Source of the DNA: an uncultured Chloroflexota bacterium
Lineage (GTDB): Bacteria; Chloroflexota; Dehalococcoidia; Dehalococcoidales; RBG-16-60-22
Direction of reading: 5' to 3'
Length of the DNA: 45,300 nt
Assembly (NCBI GenBank): GCA_903915565.1
Contig: CAIWTG010000221.1
Span: 1 to 45,300, forward strand
Shown here: positions 1-8,234 of the stretch, in pieces
How the letters are laid out: each line of letters opens with the position of its first letter
Numbering within the stretch: the stretch's first letter is position 1
Translations under genes and position numbers: made by a program
The notes under the pieces: model-generated
What the model was told of the DNA's origin: nothing
Databases searched by the model: none
Seen by the model: only the letters and a program-made list of their open reading frames with translations

Positions 1-67
1 GGCTCCTTGGAGACAAAATTTTATGCACGCGGCTCCATTGCCTTGGGAATTTTTATTTGGCAGCGGC

Positions 68-95
68 TTGATGTAGACATAAAAAACGATATAAT
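68..95 (+). promoter_or_regulatory. Candidate sigma70-type promoter upstream of speH
   Basis: TTGATG (68-73), 16-nt spacer, TATAAT (90-95), about 75 nt upstream of the speH start. Sequence pattern only. Confidence 0.35.
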
Positions 96-170
96 ATTTT
101 AAGAAAGTTGACGCGGTAACCCGTGCCGCTTTTCATAAACGGGAATAATTCTTTAAAGGGGGGCAGGTGA

Positions 171-527
171 TTGAATGCGTTGGGAAGACACATATTGGTA
201 GAGCTGCATGACTGTGACCGGGAGGCTCTAAACGACCTGGACCTCATCCGCGAGGTAATGCTGAAAGCCGCCGTTGACTGCGGGGCGGTGGTATTGGGGG
301 AATCCTTCCACCGGTTCAGCCCGCAGGGAGTGAGCGGGGTGGTGGTCATCGCCGAGAGCCACATCTCCATCCATACCTGGCCGGAGTACGGCTACGCAGC
401 GGCGGACGTTTTTACCTGCGGCACGACCGTGAATCCCGAGATTGCGGCGCAGGTGCTCATCGAAAAGCTGGGGTCCAAGAATCACACAATAACCGAAATA
501 AAGAGGGGGATTCTCGTAACAGTATAG
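171..527 (+). CDS. speH: S-adenosylmethionine decarboxylase proenzyme (small pyruvoyl-dependent type)
   Basis: 118-aa ORF with a TTG start. It has the self-cleavage/pyruvoyl context VVVIAESHISIHTWPE and a later FTCG. Spermidine synthase follows 13 nt downstream. Confidence 0.9.
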   Translation: MNALGRHILVELHDCDREALNDLDLIREVMLKAAVDCGAVVLGESFHRFSPQGVSGVVVIAESHISIHTWPEYGYAAADVFTCGTTVNPEIAAQVLIEKLGSKNHTITEIKRGILVTV

Positions 528-540
528 AATACTGATATTT

Positions 541-1461
541 ATGGATACAGACCCAGATAGATGGTTCCAAGATAAAATAAACGAAGATTTCTTACAGCTG
601 CACCGTATCGACGAGGTGGTTTATCAGGGACGAACGAGGTTCCAAAACGCCCGGGTAATCCGCAGCCCCAGACTGGGCATCTGCCTGATCCTCGATAACA
701 AGATACAGTCCAGCGAGCGGGACGAATTTATCTATCACGAGGGGCTGGTCCAGCCGGCCATGCTGGCGCACCCCAAACCGGAAAGAATATTTATCGCCGG
801 AGGGGGCGAAGGAGCAACCCTGCGCGAAGTCCTCCGCCACAAAACCGTTAAAACAGTGGAGATGGTGGACATTGACGATGTCGTCACCACCCTATCTAAA
901 AAATATCTCCCCGGCCATGCCGGCAAATCATTTGAAGATAAGCGCACCGCGGTTTTCCACGTTGACGCACGCAAGTATTTAGAAGACTCAAAAAGCAAAT
1001 TTGATGTTATCATTTTAGATTTACCCGACCCCATTGAAGAGGGTCCGGCCGCCATGCTTTTCACCGAGGAATTTTATAAGACCGTCCGCAACCACCTTTC
1101 TAGTGAAGGATTAGTTACCGTCCAGGCAGGGTCGGCCAACCCCACCGAGCTTTTAAACTTCAGCGCGGTAAACGGCACGCTTAAAAAAGTTTTCCCAATC
1201 GTCGTGCAGTGCGCCGCCTATGTGCCCTGCTTCGGGGGGCCGTGGGGCTTTTGCGTGGCATCGTTAAAATACAATCCCGCCCTGCTGACGCCGGAAGAAG
1301 TGGATACGCGCATTAAGGCGAGAGGCTTAAAGGGTTTAAAGTTTTACGACGGCGAGACCCACCGCAATATGTTCGCCCTGCCCAAGTATATCCGCGAGGC
1401 CATCACGGCGCAAAAAAGAATCATCACCGATAAAAAGCCGCTATTTTTGTACAAGAACTAG
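541..1461 (+). CDS. speE: Spermidine synthase / polyamine aminopropyltransferase
   Basis: 306 aa. SAM/dcSAM-binding motifs IFIAGGGEGATLREVLRH, VEMVDID and VIILDLPDP. Adjacent to speH. Confidence 0.9.
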   Translation: MDTDPDRWFQDKINEDFLQLHRIDEVVYQGRTRFQNARVIRSPRLGICLILDNKIQSSERDEFIYHEGLVQPAMLAHPKPERIFIAGGGEGATLREVLRHKTVKTVEMVDIDDVVTTLSKKYLPGHAGKSFEDKRTAVFHVDARKYLEDSKSKFDVIILDLPDPIEEGPAAMLFTEEFYKTVRNHLSSEGLVTVQAGSANPTELLNFSAVNGTLKKVFPIVVQCAAYVPCFGGPWGFCVASLKYNPALLTPEEVDTRIKARGLKGLKFYDGETHRNMFALPKYIREAITAQKRIITDKKPLFLYKN

Positions 1462-1524
1462 TTAATCAGTTCAGCTTTTGTTCCATGTTACTATTGTGAG
1501 CCAAGGATAAGTGTTTTATTTTTT

Positions 1525-2274
1525 ATGCAAAACACCAGAGAAATAGAGTTCGAAGGCATACTGAATTTCCGCGACCTGGGGGGATACCAGACGCGAGGAA
1601 ACCGCCATATTGCCTGGCGGCGACTATTCCGTAGCGGCGAACTCCACTGTATGACCGAGGGAGACGTTACTAAACTCAAACAAGAGCTTAAAATTAAAAC
1701 AATCATTGATATGCGAGGGGCAAAGATAATTGAAGGGCTGGGGGTGGGGCTGGTTAAGGAAACAGAAGCGCAGTATTATAACGTGCCCATGACAATAATA
1801 ATAGACCCCAACATGGAAAAAAGGCCAACCCCTAAATTCAATAATCTGCATGAGAATTACTTAGCTCGGGTGAAGAATGATGGATATGGTAAAAGCTTCA
1901 TCGAGGTGTTAAAAATAATCGCCGACCCGGCCAATCATCCTGCAATATTCCATTGTAACGCCGGTGCGGACAGATCCGGCATAATGTCGGCCATCATCCT
2001 TGATATTTTAGGAGTATCGGATAAAGACATTAGAGCGGATTATGGACTAACGGTACACCACCTACCGAAATTTATGGAGCGGTGGAACAACGATGTGAGA
2101 ACAGCAGAAGTGCATAGAAACCTCCCGGAATATCAGCAAGAACTCCATCCGGAAACGATTACGGCATTGTTGGCAACTCTCCGGGTTGAATACGGCTCGG
2201 TGATGGGGTATCTAGAATCGTTCGGGGCGGAAAAGGCTTTGTTTACCCAGCTGGAAAAAGCGCTGCTGGTTTAA
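1525..2274 (+). CDS. Protein-tyrosine phosphatase-like protein (CX5R family)
   Basis: 249 aa with the PTP-loop signature HCNAGADRSG (C-x5-R-S). Confidence 0.75.
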   Translation: MQNTREIEFEGILNFRDLGGYQTRGNRHIAWRRLFRSGELHCMTEGDVTKLKQELKIKTIIDMRGAKIIEGLGVGLVKETEAQYYNVPMTIIIDPNMEKRPTPKFNNLHENYLARVKNDGYGKSFIEVLKIIADPANHPAIFHCNAGADRSGIMSAIILDILGVSDKDIRADYGLTVHHLPKFMERWNNDVRTAEVHRNLPEYQQELHPETITALLATLRVEYGSVMGYLESFGAEKALFTQLEKALLV

Positions 2275-2297
2275 CAACGTCACGTTTGCATAAACAA

Positions 2298-2340
2298 ACA
2301 GGCTGGCAAGAGATAAATCTCACCAGCCTGTAATTATTTC
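2298..2340. terminator. Bidirectional rho-independent terminator between convergent genes
   Basis: Perfect 9-bp stem ACAGGCTGG (2298-2306) / CCAGCCTGT (2323-2331) with T-rich flanks on both strands. It lies between the stop codons at 2274 (+) and 2355 (-). Confidence 0.5.
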
Positions 2341-2354
2341 AGCTAAACGGGTGC

Positions 2355-2657
2355 TTAGTTGCCGCTAGCCCGGTTTTTATTGAAACAATCGCTGCAGTAA
2401 ACCGGTCTGCCTTCACGGGGCTCAAAAGGAACTTCGGTGTCTTTGCCGCATCCAGCGCAAACAGCAGGGTACATCTGGCGGGGTCTCCCACCGCCTCCGC
2501 CACCCATACGTTCGGCTTTCCTGTTTTGCCGGCAAGTGGGGCAACGCTTGGGTTCATTGGTATAGCCCTTGGACTGGAAGAACTCCTGCTCGGCGGCAGT
2601 GAAGGTGAATGAAGCTCCACAATCGGCACATGTAAGTTGTTTATCTTCGAACGCCAC
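2355..2657 (-). CDS. Double zinc-ribbon protein (two CxxC...CxxC modules joined by a poly-Gly linker)
   Basis: 100 aa with a GTG start preceded by AGGAGG. Module 1 is CADC...CPTC, then GGGGGG, then module 2 CAGC...CSDC. Confidence 0.7.
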   Translation of the reverse strand: MAFEDKQLTCADCGASFTFTAAEQEFFQSKGYTNEPKRCPTCRQNRKAERMGGGGGGRPRQMYPAVCAGCGKDTEVPFEPREGRPVYCSDCFNKNRASGN

Positions 2658-2702
2658 GGATGACCTCCTTTCTTAAGTTAGTTGGTTAGAGCTAGGTCAT
2701 CC
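2658..2702 (-). promoter_or_regulatory. Leader hairpin able to occlude the Shine-Dalgarno of the zinc-ribbon gene
   Basis: GGATGACCT (2658-2666) is the exact reverse complement of AGGTCATCC (2694-2702). In the minus-strand mRNA the downstream arm overlaps the AGGAGGT SD directly before the GTG start. Confidence 0.35.
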
Positions 2703-2869
2703 GTAACCATGTCGAGATTAGGTAAAGTTGATTGCATCCGATATCCTAGACTGAAAACCACTAGTCGCTATTATATACCGAACGTGTATGTTTGGCAATA
2801 GGTTGGAAAAAAGAATTTTTAGCTAAGACCGGGCAGTCCGGTAGGCTATTTTGAGGTTAATTTCAGGTA

Positions 2870-2897
2870 TTGACTAATCCATTTTTTGCTATATACT
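2870..2897 (+). promoter_or_regulatory. Candidate promoter of the heliorhodopsin-DegV unit
   Basis: TTGACT (2870-2875), 16-nt spacer, TATACT (2892-2897). A strong AAGGAGG SD at 2927-2933 lies 6 nt before the ATG at 2940. Confidence 0.4.
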
Positions 2898-2939
2898 ATG
2901 AGGTTAAGGAGGGCAAAATAGTTAATAAGGAGGATTGAG

Positions 2940-3707
2940 ATGACTAGCGACCAACAAACCGAACGGAAATTGCACGTCCTTAGAGTCTGGAATATCGTGG
3001 TCGGTCTTATTCTCGCGGTCCAGGCTGTATTGATGGCGGTCCTTACCAACAAATTTTCCCTGCCGGTAACCGCTACGTTTATGGAAGGCCCACCCGGCAG
3101 TTCTTCGAACCTGCACCACCTCTGGGATATACAAACCGGCTGGGGGGTTTTTACCTTCATGGCGATATCGGCCCTAGCCTTACTGCTGATTGCTTCTCCC
3201 TGGGTCTTTCCGTGGTATAAGCGGAACTTGTTACAGAACCGCAACTACGGGCGCTGGATAGAGTATTTCTTTAGCTCTTCAATCATGATAGTGCTCATCG
3301 CTCAGATAACCGGCATCAGCGACATTGCCGCTTTGCTGGGCATCTTCGGCGTCAACGCCTGTATGATACTCTTTGGAGCCTTGCAGGAAAAATATGAGAA
3401 ACCGGGCAAGCCGAACTGGATGCCTTTCTGGTTCGGGAGCTTTGCCGGCATCATCCCCTGGCTAGCAATAGTGATTTACGTTATCGCTCCGGGTGTCAAT
3501 ACATCCCCGCCGGGATTCGTCTATGCCATCATCGTTTCACTTTTTGTCTTCTTCAACTGCTTTGCCGTTAACATGGTCTTGCAGTATAAGAAAATCGGCC
3601 CCTGGAAAGACTACCTTTACGGTGAAAAAGTATACATCATCTTGAGCTTGACGGCTAAATCACTGCTTGCCTGGCTAGTATTCGCCAACATACTGGTTTT
3701 AAAGTAA
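2940..3707 (+). CDS. Heliorhodopsin (7-TM retinal-binding protein with inverted topology)
   Basis: 255 aa with seven hydrophobic segments. Near-colinear match to my recollection of heliorhodopsin 48C12: LPVTATFMEGPPG, GRWIEYFFSSSIMIVLIAQITGISDIAALLGIFGVNACMILFGALQEKY, WFGSFAGIIPWLAIVIYVIAPG, PGFVYAIIVSLFVFFN, YIILSLTAKSLLAW. Schiff-base Lys240 (AAA 3657-3659) sits in TM7 within S-x3-K. The counterion is Glu108 in RWxEY. A basic N-terminus (TERKLHVLR) precedes TM1, consistent with N-in. Confidence 0.9.
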   Translation: MTSDQQTERKLHVLRVWNIVVGLILAVQAVLMAVLTNKFSLPVTATFMEGPPGSSSNLHHLWDIQTGWGVFTFMAISALALLLIASPWVFPWYKRNLLQNRNYGRWIEYFFSSSIMIVLIAQITGISDIAALLGIFGVNACMILFGALQEKYEKPGKPNWMPFWFGSFAGIIPWLAIVIYVIAPGVNTSPPGFVYAIIVSLFVFFNCFAVNMVLQYKKIGPWKDYLYGEKVYIILSLTAKSLLAWLVFANILVLK

Positions 3708-3732
3708 AAAAACGTTTATCCAAGAGGGGAAT

Positions 3733-4578
3733 ATGATGACCATTCAGGTGATAACCGACAGCACATCTGATATCTCGCCGGAAATCTCCAAAGAACTGGG
3801 CATCAGGGTGGTGCCGATATACGTGCGCTTCGGCGACCAGCTTTTCCGCGATGGCGTGGACATCCAGAGCGACGAGCTTTACCGGATGCTAACAGCCTCG
3901 ATGCGGTGGCACCCGGCCACCTCACAACCGACGCCGGATGACTTTAAAGCGGTATACAAGGAATACAGTAAAAAATGCGACGGAATTATCTCGATACATA
4001 TATCGTCAAAGATAAGCGGCACGTGTAATTCGGCGAATATGGCCAAAGACATGGTTGGCGGTAAATGCCCCATCGAAGTAATTGACTCGAAGTTCAATTC
4101 TGGCGGCTTGGCGCTAATCGTAATGCATGCCGCCAAATTGGCAAAGTCGGCTAAAAACATCGCCAAACTTGCCGACGACGTCCGCGAATGCATCAGTCAC
4201 GTGAGTATGTTCGGCTATTTCGACACGATGAAGTACCTCGCCCTCGGCGGGCGGCTGCCCAAGATGATAGCGGCGGCGGCTAATTTTATAAATGTTAAAC
4301 CCTTGCTGACCTTCCGCGATGGCGAAATTACCCGGGCTGGACTGGTGCGTAGCTTTACACGGGGCGCGGAGAAGCTTTTTGATTTTGTGAAGAGTAAACA
4401 AAATATCGCAGATATGGTCATCGTTCACAGCGATATTGCCGAGCAAGCGGAAAAATTCCGTCAGAGTCTGGGTGAATTCTTCCCGGCCAATAAGATAAAT
4501 ATCTTAAAACTCGGCGCCGGACTGGGCGTGCACGGCGGGCTGGGCGTATTGCTGGTGGCATTAAGAGAAAACGCATAA
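3733..4578 (+). CDS. DegV family fatty-acid-binding protein
   Basis: 281 aa. The typical DegV N-terminus is IQVITDSTSDISPEISKELGIRVVPIYVRFGDQLFRDGVDI. SD AGAGGGGA lies upstream. The gene starts 25 nt after the heliorhodopsin stop. Confidence 0.9.
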   Translation: MMTIQVITDSTSDISPEISKELGIRVVPIYVRFGDQLFRDGVDIQSDELYRMLTASMRWHPATSQPTPDDFKAVYKEYSKKCDGIISIHISSKISGTCNSANMAKDMVGGKCPIEVIDSKFNSGGLALIVMHAAKLAKSAKNIAKLADDVRECISHVSMFGYFDTMKYLALGGRLPKMIAAAANFINVKPLLTFRDGEITRAGLVRSFTRGAEKLFDFVKSKQNIADMVIVHSDIAEQAEKFRQSLGEFFPANKINILKLGAGLGVHGGLGVLLVALRENA

Positions 4579-4582
4579 ACGA

Positions 4583-5119
4583 CTAGGCATTGAATAAAGC
4601 CGGCCAGATGAACATATCCATGACCGCCGTCTGCAGGCTGAATGCCGCGGCGCCGCCGATCGCCAACCAGTAAGCGATGTCCGCTCCTCTGGGACTAGTG
4701 ACAATAATTGCCCAGAGCAGCGCCAGCGAACCGATGCCGACCAGAGCCAGCACTAAACGGACGCTAACCCAACCTATGGTAGTCGGGTTATTCAGATAGG
4801 CAAAGGTCAGCGGCATCCATAACGCGGACGAGATAAGTATTACCAGGAAAATCACGTAGTACAGCCAAAAGCCAAACCGTCCGACGATTTGGACCTGGTC
4901 GGGGTTGAGTTGGAAAAACAGCCAGTAGCTGAAGGCAAAGAAACCCAGTGCCGCCAACAGCATGGTGACATAGTTAAGAATGCGCAGTCCGCCGGTAACG
5001 CCGCCCCACAGCGTTGCCGCCCCGCCCGGGTGAGTGGCAAAACCCTGAATATAGCTGCCGATTACCGCGGCGCCGCCTACTGCCATGATAGCGAGCAATA
5101 TCCATTGTTGCGTATGCAT
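4583..5119 (-). CDS. Integral membrane protein of unknown function (about 5-6 TM)
   Basis: Hydrophobic ORF. The track starts it at a TTG (5140). I prefer the ATG at 5117-5119 (MHTQQW...), which lies 10 nt downstream of a GGGAGG SD (5130-5135). The ATG at 5128 is only 1 nt from the SD. Confidence 0.6.
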   Translation of the reverse strand: MHTQQWILLAIMAVGGAAVIGSYIQGFATHPGGAATLWGGVTGGLRILNYVTMLLAALGFFAFSYWLFFQLNPDQVQIVGRFGFWLYYVIFLVILISSALWMPLTFAYLNNPTTIGWVSVRLVLALVGIGSLALLWAIIVTSPRGADIAYWLAIGGAAAFSLQTAVMDMFIWPALFNA

Positions 5120-5229
5120 TTTACTCATACCTCCCGCCAAATTTGCCTGGTTGAAGTATAATTATAATAGCACCTAAATCAGTTAATATCTATGGCAATC
5201 ATCTCACTCTCCTAATAGATAAGTCGGTT

Positions 5230-5258
5230 TTGACATGCGCCAGAACAGAATTTATACT
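5230..5258 (+). promoter_or_regulatory. Candidate promoter of the isochorismatase/GalT-like pair
   Basis: TTGACA (5230-5235), 17-nt spacer, TATACT (5253-5258), 48 nt upstream of the ATG at 5306. Confidence 0.4.
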
Positions 5259-5305
5259 TAAAAGGTTGGCTTTTCTCAAATTCCAGATTAAAGAGGTAAG
5301 AGATT

Positions 5306-5860
5306 ATGAACGTGCCCAAAGCGCTTGATGCCGCCAATACCGTCTTATTATTGATTGATTTTCAGGAGCGGCTTTTCCCCGTGATGCATGATAAAGAAAA
5401 ACTCCTGCAAAATGTTGTTAAACTCACTAAAGGCGCCAGGGTACTGGAGATACCAGTTATCCTGACCGAGCAATACCCCAAGGGTCTGGGGCCGACTATC
5501 CCGGAGATTAAAGAGCTTATCCCCGAGGTTAAACCAGTGGAAAAGGTCTGCTTTAGCTGCACGGACGAACCGGCATTCAACCAGGCGTTAAAATCGCTAA
5601 AGCGCAAACAGGTTCTCATCGCGGGCATAGAATCGCACATCTGCGTCTACCAGACGGCGATGGCGCTGGCACAGGAGGGTTACGAAGTACAGGTAGTCGC
5701 CGATGGCTGCGCTTCCCGCGACCCGGAAAATAAACTGGTGGCATTCACCAGATTCAGGCTGGCGGGCATTCCCCCCACCACCACCGAGATGGCGCTGTTC
5801 GAGTTACTTAAAGTGGCACAGGGTGACAAATTTAAGCAGATAAGCGGTATCGTAAAATAA
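5306..5860 (+). CDS. Isochorismatase-family cysteine hydrolase
   Basis: 184 aa. Motifs LLLIDFQ, LTEQYPKGLG and IAGIESHICVYQTA (catalytic Cys context). Confidence 0.85.
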   Translation: MNVPKALDAANTVLLLIDFQERLFPVMHDKEKLLQNVVKLTKGARVLEIPVILTEQYPKGLGPTIPEIKELIPEVKPVEKVCFSCTDEPAFNQALKSLKRKQVLIAGIESHICVYQTAMALAQEGYEVQVVADGCASRDPENKLVAFTRFRLAGIPPTTTEMALFELLKVAQGDKFKQISGIVK

Positions 5861-6939
5861 TGGTAACTCAAAATCCGTTTTCTAAATATATGAAACATAA
5901 AAAGAAAAGCACTATTGAGTTCCGGCGTGAGGTGCTGTCTTCAAAAATTATGACCCGCAATGGCTCCGGTATCTTTAAAGAGGCGGCCATACCCCTGGAG
6001 TTCCGCACCGACCCGTTGACCGGGCGCACCTGCCGCATCGTGCAGTACTCGACGGAAAGAATCACCCGCCCCAGTCTGACGGCATTGGAAAAGAAATCCA
6101 AAAAGGTCACCTGCCCTTTCTGCAAGCCGCAGATTGACAAGATTACGCCCCGCTTTCCGGCCGACCTTGTCCCGGATGGGATAATCCGCCGGGGCAAAGC
6201 CGTCGCCTTCCCGAACCTGGGCCCTTATGATGTTTACGGGGTGGTCGTGGCAATCTCCGACCGGCACTTTACCCCGCTCAAGGAGTTCGACGCCGAGACG
6301 ATTCAAAACGCCCTGCTGGCGGCGCAGGATTATATTAAAAGCGTCCAGGAATTCGACTCCCGGGCGATTTATCACTTCATCGCCTGGAACCACATGCCCC
6401 CTTCCGGCGGCAGCCTCATCCACCCGCACCTGCAGAGCAACGCCGGCTACTTCCCTACCGACTACCAGGCACAAATCCTCCAGGCTTCCGAAAGATACTA
6501 CCAGGAAAATCAGGCCAACTATTGGAGCGACCTGCTGCAGGCGGAGAAAGAGGGACCGCGGTACATCGGGCAGATAGGGCACACCGAGTGGATGACCAGC
6601 TTTGTGCCCAAGGGGCGGCTATCGGACGTGGTGGCGGTTTTCCCGGGTAAAGCTTCGATTGCCGAGCTAAGCAAACTGGATTTAGAAGAGTTCGCCCAGG
6701 GACTGCTCAAGGTCTTTGGTTATATTGACGGGCTAAACCTCATCAGCTTTAATATGAGCACTTATTCCGGCTTCGATAAAGACCGGTTTTGGGCGCACGC
6801 CCGCATCACCCCGCGGGGTATGCTTCTCTATTCGCCCATAGAAACCAGCGACCAGTTCTACTACCAGATAATGCAGGATGAGAATATCTGCATCCTCCCG
6901 CCCGAAACCGTCGCCCAAGAATTACGGAAGCGGTTTTAA
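5860..6939 (+). CDS. GalT-like HIT-superfamily nucleotidyltransferase/phosphorylase
   Basis: 359 aa. Zinc knuckle CPFC and active-site SGGSLIHPHLQ (HxHxQ). The start overlaps the upstream stop (TAATG). Confidence 0.7.
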   Translation: MVTQNPFSKYMKHKKKSTIEFRREVLSSKIMTRNGSGIFKEAAIPLEFRTDPLTGRTCRIVQYSTERITRPSLTALEKKSKKVTCPFCKPQIDKITPRFPADLVPDGIIRRGKAVAFPNLGPYDVYGVVVAISDRHFTPLKEFDAETIQNALLAAQDYIKSVQEFDSRAIYHFIAWNHMPPSGGSLIHPHLQSNAGYFPTDYQAQILQASERYYQENQANYWSDLLQAEKEGPRYIGQIGHTEWMTSFVPKGRLSDVVAVFPGKASIAELSKLDLEEFAQGLLKVFGYIDGLNLISFNMSTYSGFDKDRFWAHARITPRGMLLYSPIETSDQFYYQIMQDENICILPPETVAQELRKRF

Positions 6940-6960
6940 ATTGTTAGGATTAAATTAGTC

Positions 6961-7884
6961 ATGCTAAAAAAAATAGCGGTGATAATATGTACCTTGACGC
7001 TGGCAGCGATTTTACTATCCTCCTGCCTCCCGGCCCCGCATACTCCATTAACAGGCTTTAAGCCGGGAGATTATAACGAGTCGCTGGACTCCGGAAACCG
7101 GACGCGTACTTACACTGTCCATATTCCACTCACTTACAATACCGATCAGGCAATGCCTTTGGTCGTCGTTCTGCATGGGTCGGGCGGCTCCGCTGATAAT
7201 ATCGCCGAGACAACCGACATGAGCGATAAAGCCGACGCAGCCGGCTTCATCGTTGTTTACCCCAACGGCACAGGTTTGCTCAATGATACGCTTTATTTGA
7301 CATGGAACTGCGGTTTCTGCTGCGGCTATGCATCGGATAACAACATTGATGACGTGGGTTTTATGCGGTCGCTCATTGGAAAGCTGGAAGGGGAACTGAA
7401 TATAGATAAGGCGCGTATCTTTATTACCGGTTTTTCCAATGGCGCCATGTTGGCCTACCGGCTTGGCTGCGAGCTATCGGATATCGTCGCCGCCATTGCG
7501 CCGGTGTCCGGCTCGATGGGCGATTGGGAAACGGCTTCATCAAGCCCGGTGTCGGTTATCATCTTCCACGGTACGGCTGATGCCATCGTGCCATATGAGG
7601 GAGGTACATCAGACGAGCTTGCTACGGAGGGAAGGATAGATAAACCCGTGTCTTACGCCGTAAATTTCTGGGTGACTCATAACGGCTGCTCGACGGCATA
7701 TACCCGGGACGTAAACGGTGATATTGTAAGGGATAGTTATAGCGGCGGACGGGGCGGCTCGGAGGTAGTTCTTTATACCATCGTCGACGGTCAACACGCC
7801 TGGCCGGGCGACAACCCAGCCTACCGAGTAATATCCGCTACCGACCTTATCTGGGAATTCTTTGCCGCCCACCCCAAACTGTAG
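6961..7884 (+). CDS. Secreted lipoprotein esterase of the PHB-depolymerase / feruloyl-esterase (LpqC-like) family
   Basis: 307 aa. Signal peptide with lipobox LLSSC. VVVLHGSGGSA and the nucleophile elbow GFSNGAMLAYRL. Confidence 0.75.
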   Translation: MLKKIAVIICTLTLAAILLSSCLPAPHTPLTGFKPGDYNESLDSGNRTRTYTVHIPLTYNTDQAMPLVVVLHGSGGSADNIAETTDMSDKADAAGFIVVYPNGTGLLNDTLYLTWNCGFCCGYASDNNIDDVGFMRSLIGKLEGELNIDKARIFITGFSNGAMLAYRLGCELSDIVAAIAPVSGSMGDWETASSSPVSVIIFHGTADAIVPYEGGTSDELATEGRIDKPVSYAVNFWVTHNGCSTAYTRDVNGDIVRDSYSGGRGGSEVVLYTIVDGQHAWPGDNPAYRVISATDLIWEFFAAHPKL

Positions 7885-7898
7885 AAGGTCAGCAACAC

Positions 7899-8234
7899 AT
7901 GAAATCTGCAAAGCCCAAGGAAACAACCGCCATAGAGTGCCGGCGTTGCGGCGTCTGCTGCACCAGGCACCAGGCCTTCGTTACGCCAGAGGATGCCGAC
8001 AGAATAATCGCCTACGTGGGTATGACGCCGGCCGAGTGGGACGAAAAGTATGACGACCCGCGCTGGAAGTACTCGGAATGGCGTCTGATACGCCACATAA
8101 ACGGCGCCTGTGCCTTTCTAACGTTTAACGAGGGGTTAGCGACCTGCCGGATACACGCCGTCAAGCCTGCGTGCTGTGCCAAGTGGCAGGCCGGACTAGA
8201 CAAGACGGAGTGTAAAGAGGGGATGTTAACGTAA
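7899..8234 (+). CDS. YkgJ-family cysteine-cluster (Zn/Fe-binding) protein
   Basis: 111 aa with CRRCGVCC (CxxCxxCC) and further conserved Cys residues. Confidence 0.7.
   Translation: MKSAKPKETTAIECRRCGVCCTRHQAFVTPEDADRIIAYVGMTPAEWDEKYDDPRWKYSEWRLIRHINGACAFLTFNEGLATCRIHAVKPACCAKWQAGLDKTECKEGMLT

Noticed and set aside
5941-6582. Long antisense or alternative-frame ORFs lie inside confidently assigned genes. Examples are 5941..6582(-), 8634..9050(+), 14536..15273(-), 20659..21093(+), 23937..24494(+), 24431..25066(+), 25079..25636(+), 26348..26893(+), 27875..28534(+), 28708..29358(+), 32543..32986(-) and 40341..40829(+).
   Set aside because: Each one overlaps a gene with clear family motifs in another frame or strand. 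They are Arg/Ala/Gly/Pro-rich or otherwise low-complexity, lack ribosome-binding sites, and are expected by chance at this GC content.
8226-8234. Convergent gene ends overlap: YkgJ/GH3 by 9 nt, and SDR/PAP2 by 4 nt at 19436..19439.
   Set aside because: Short 3'-end overlaps of convergent genes are common in compact genomes and need no special explanation.
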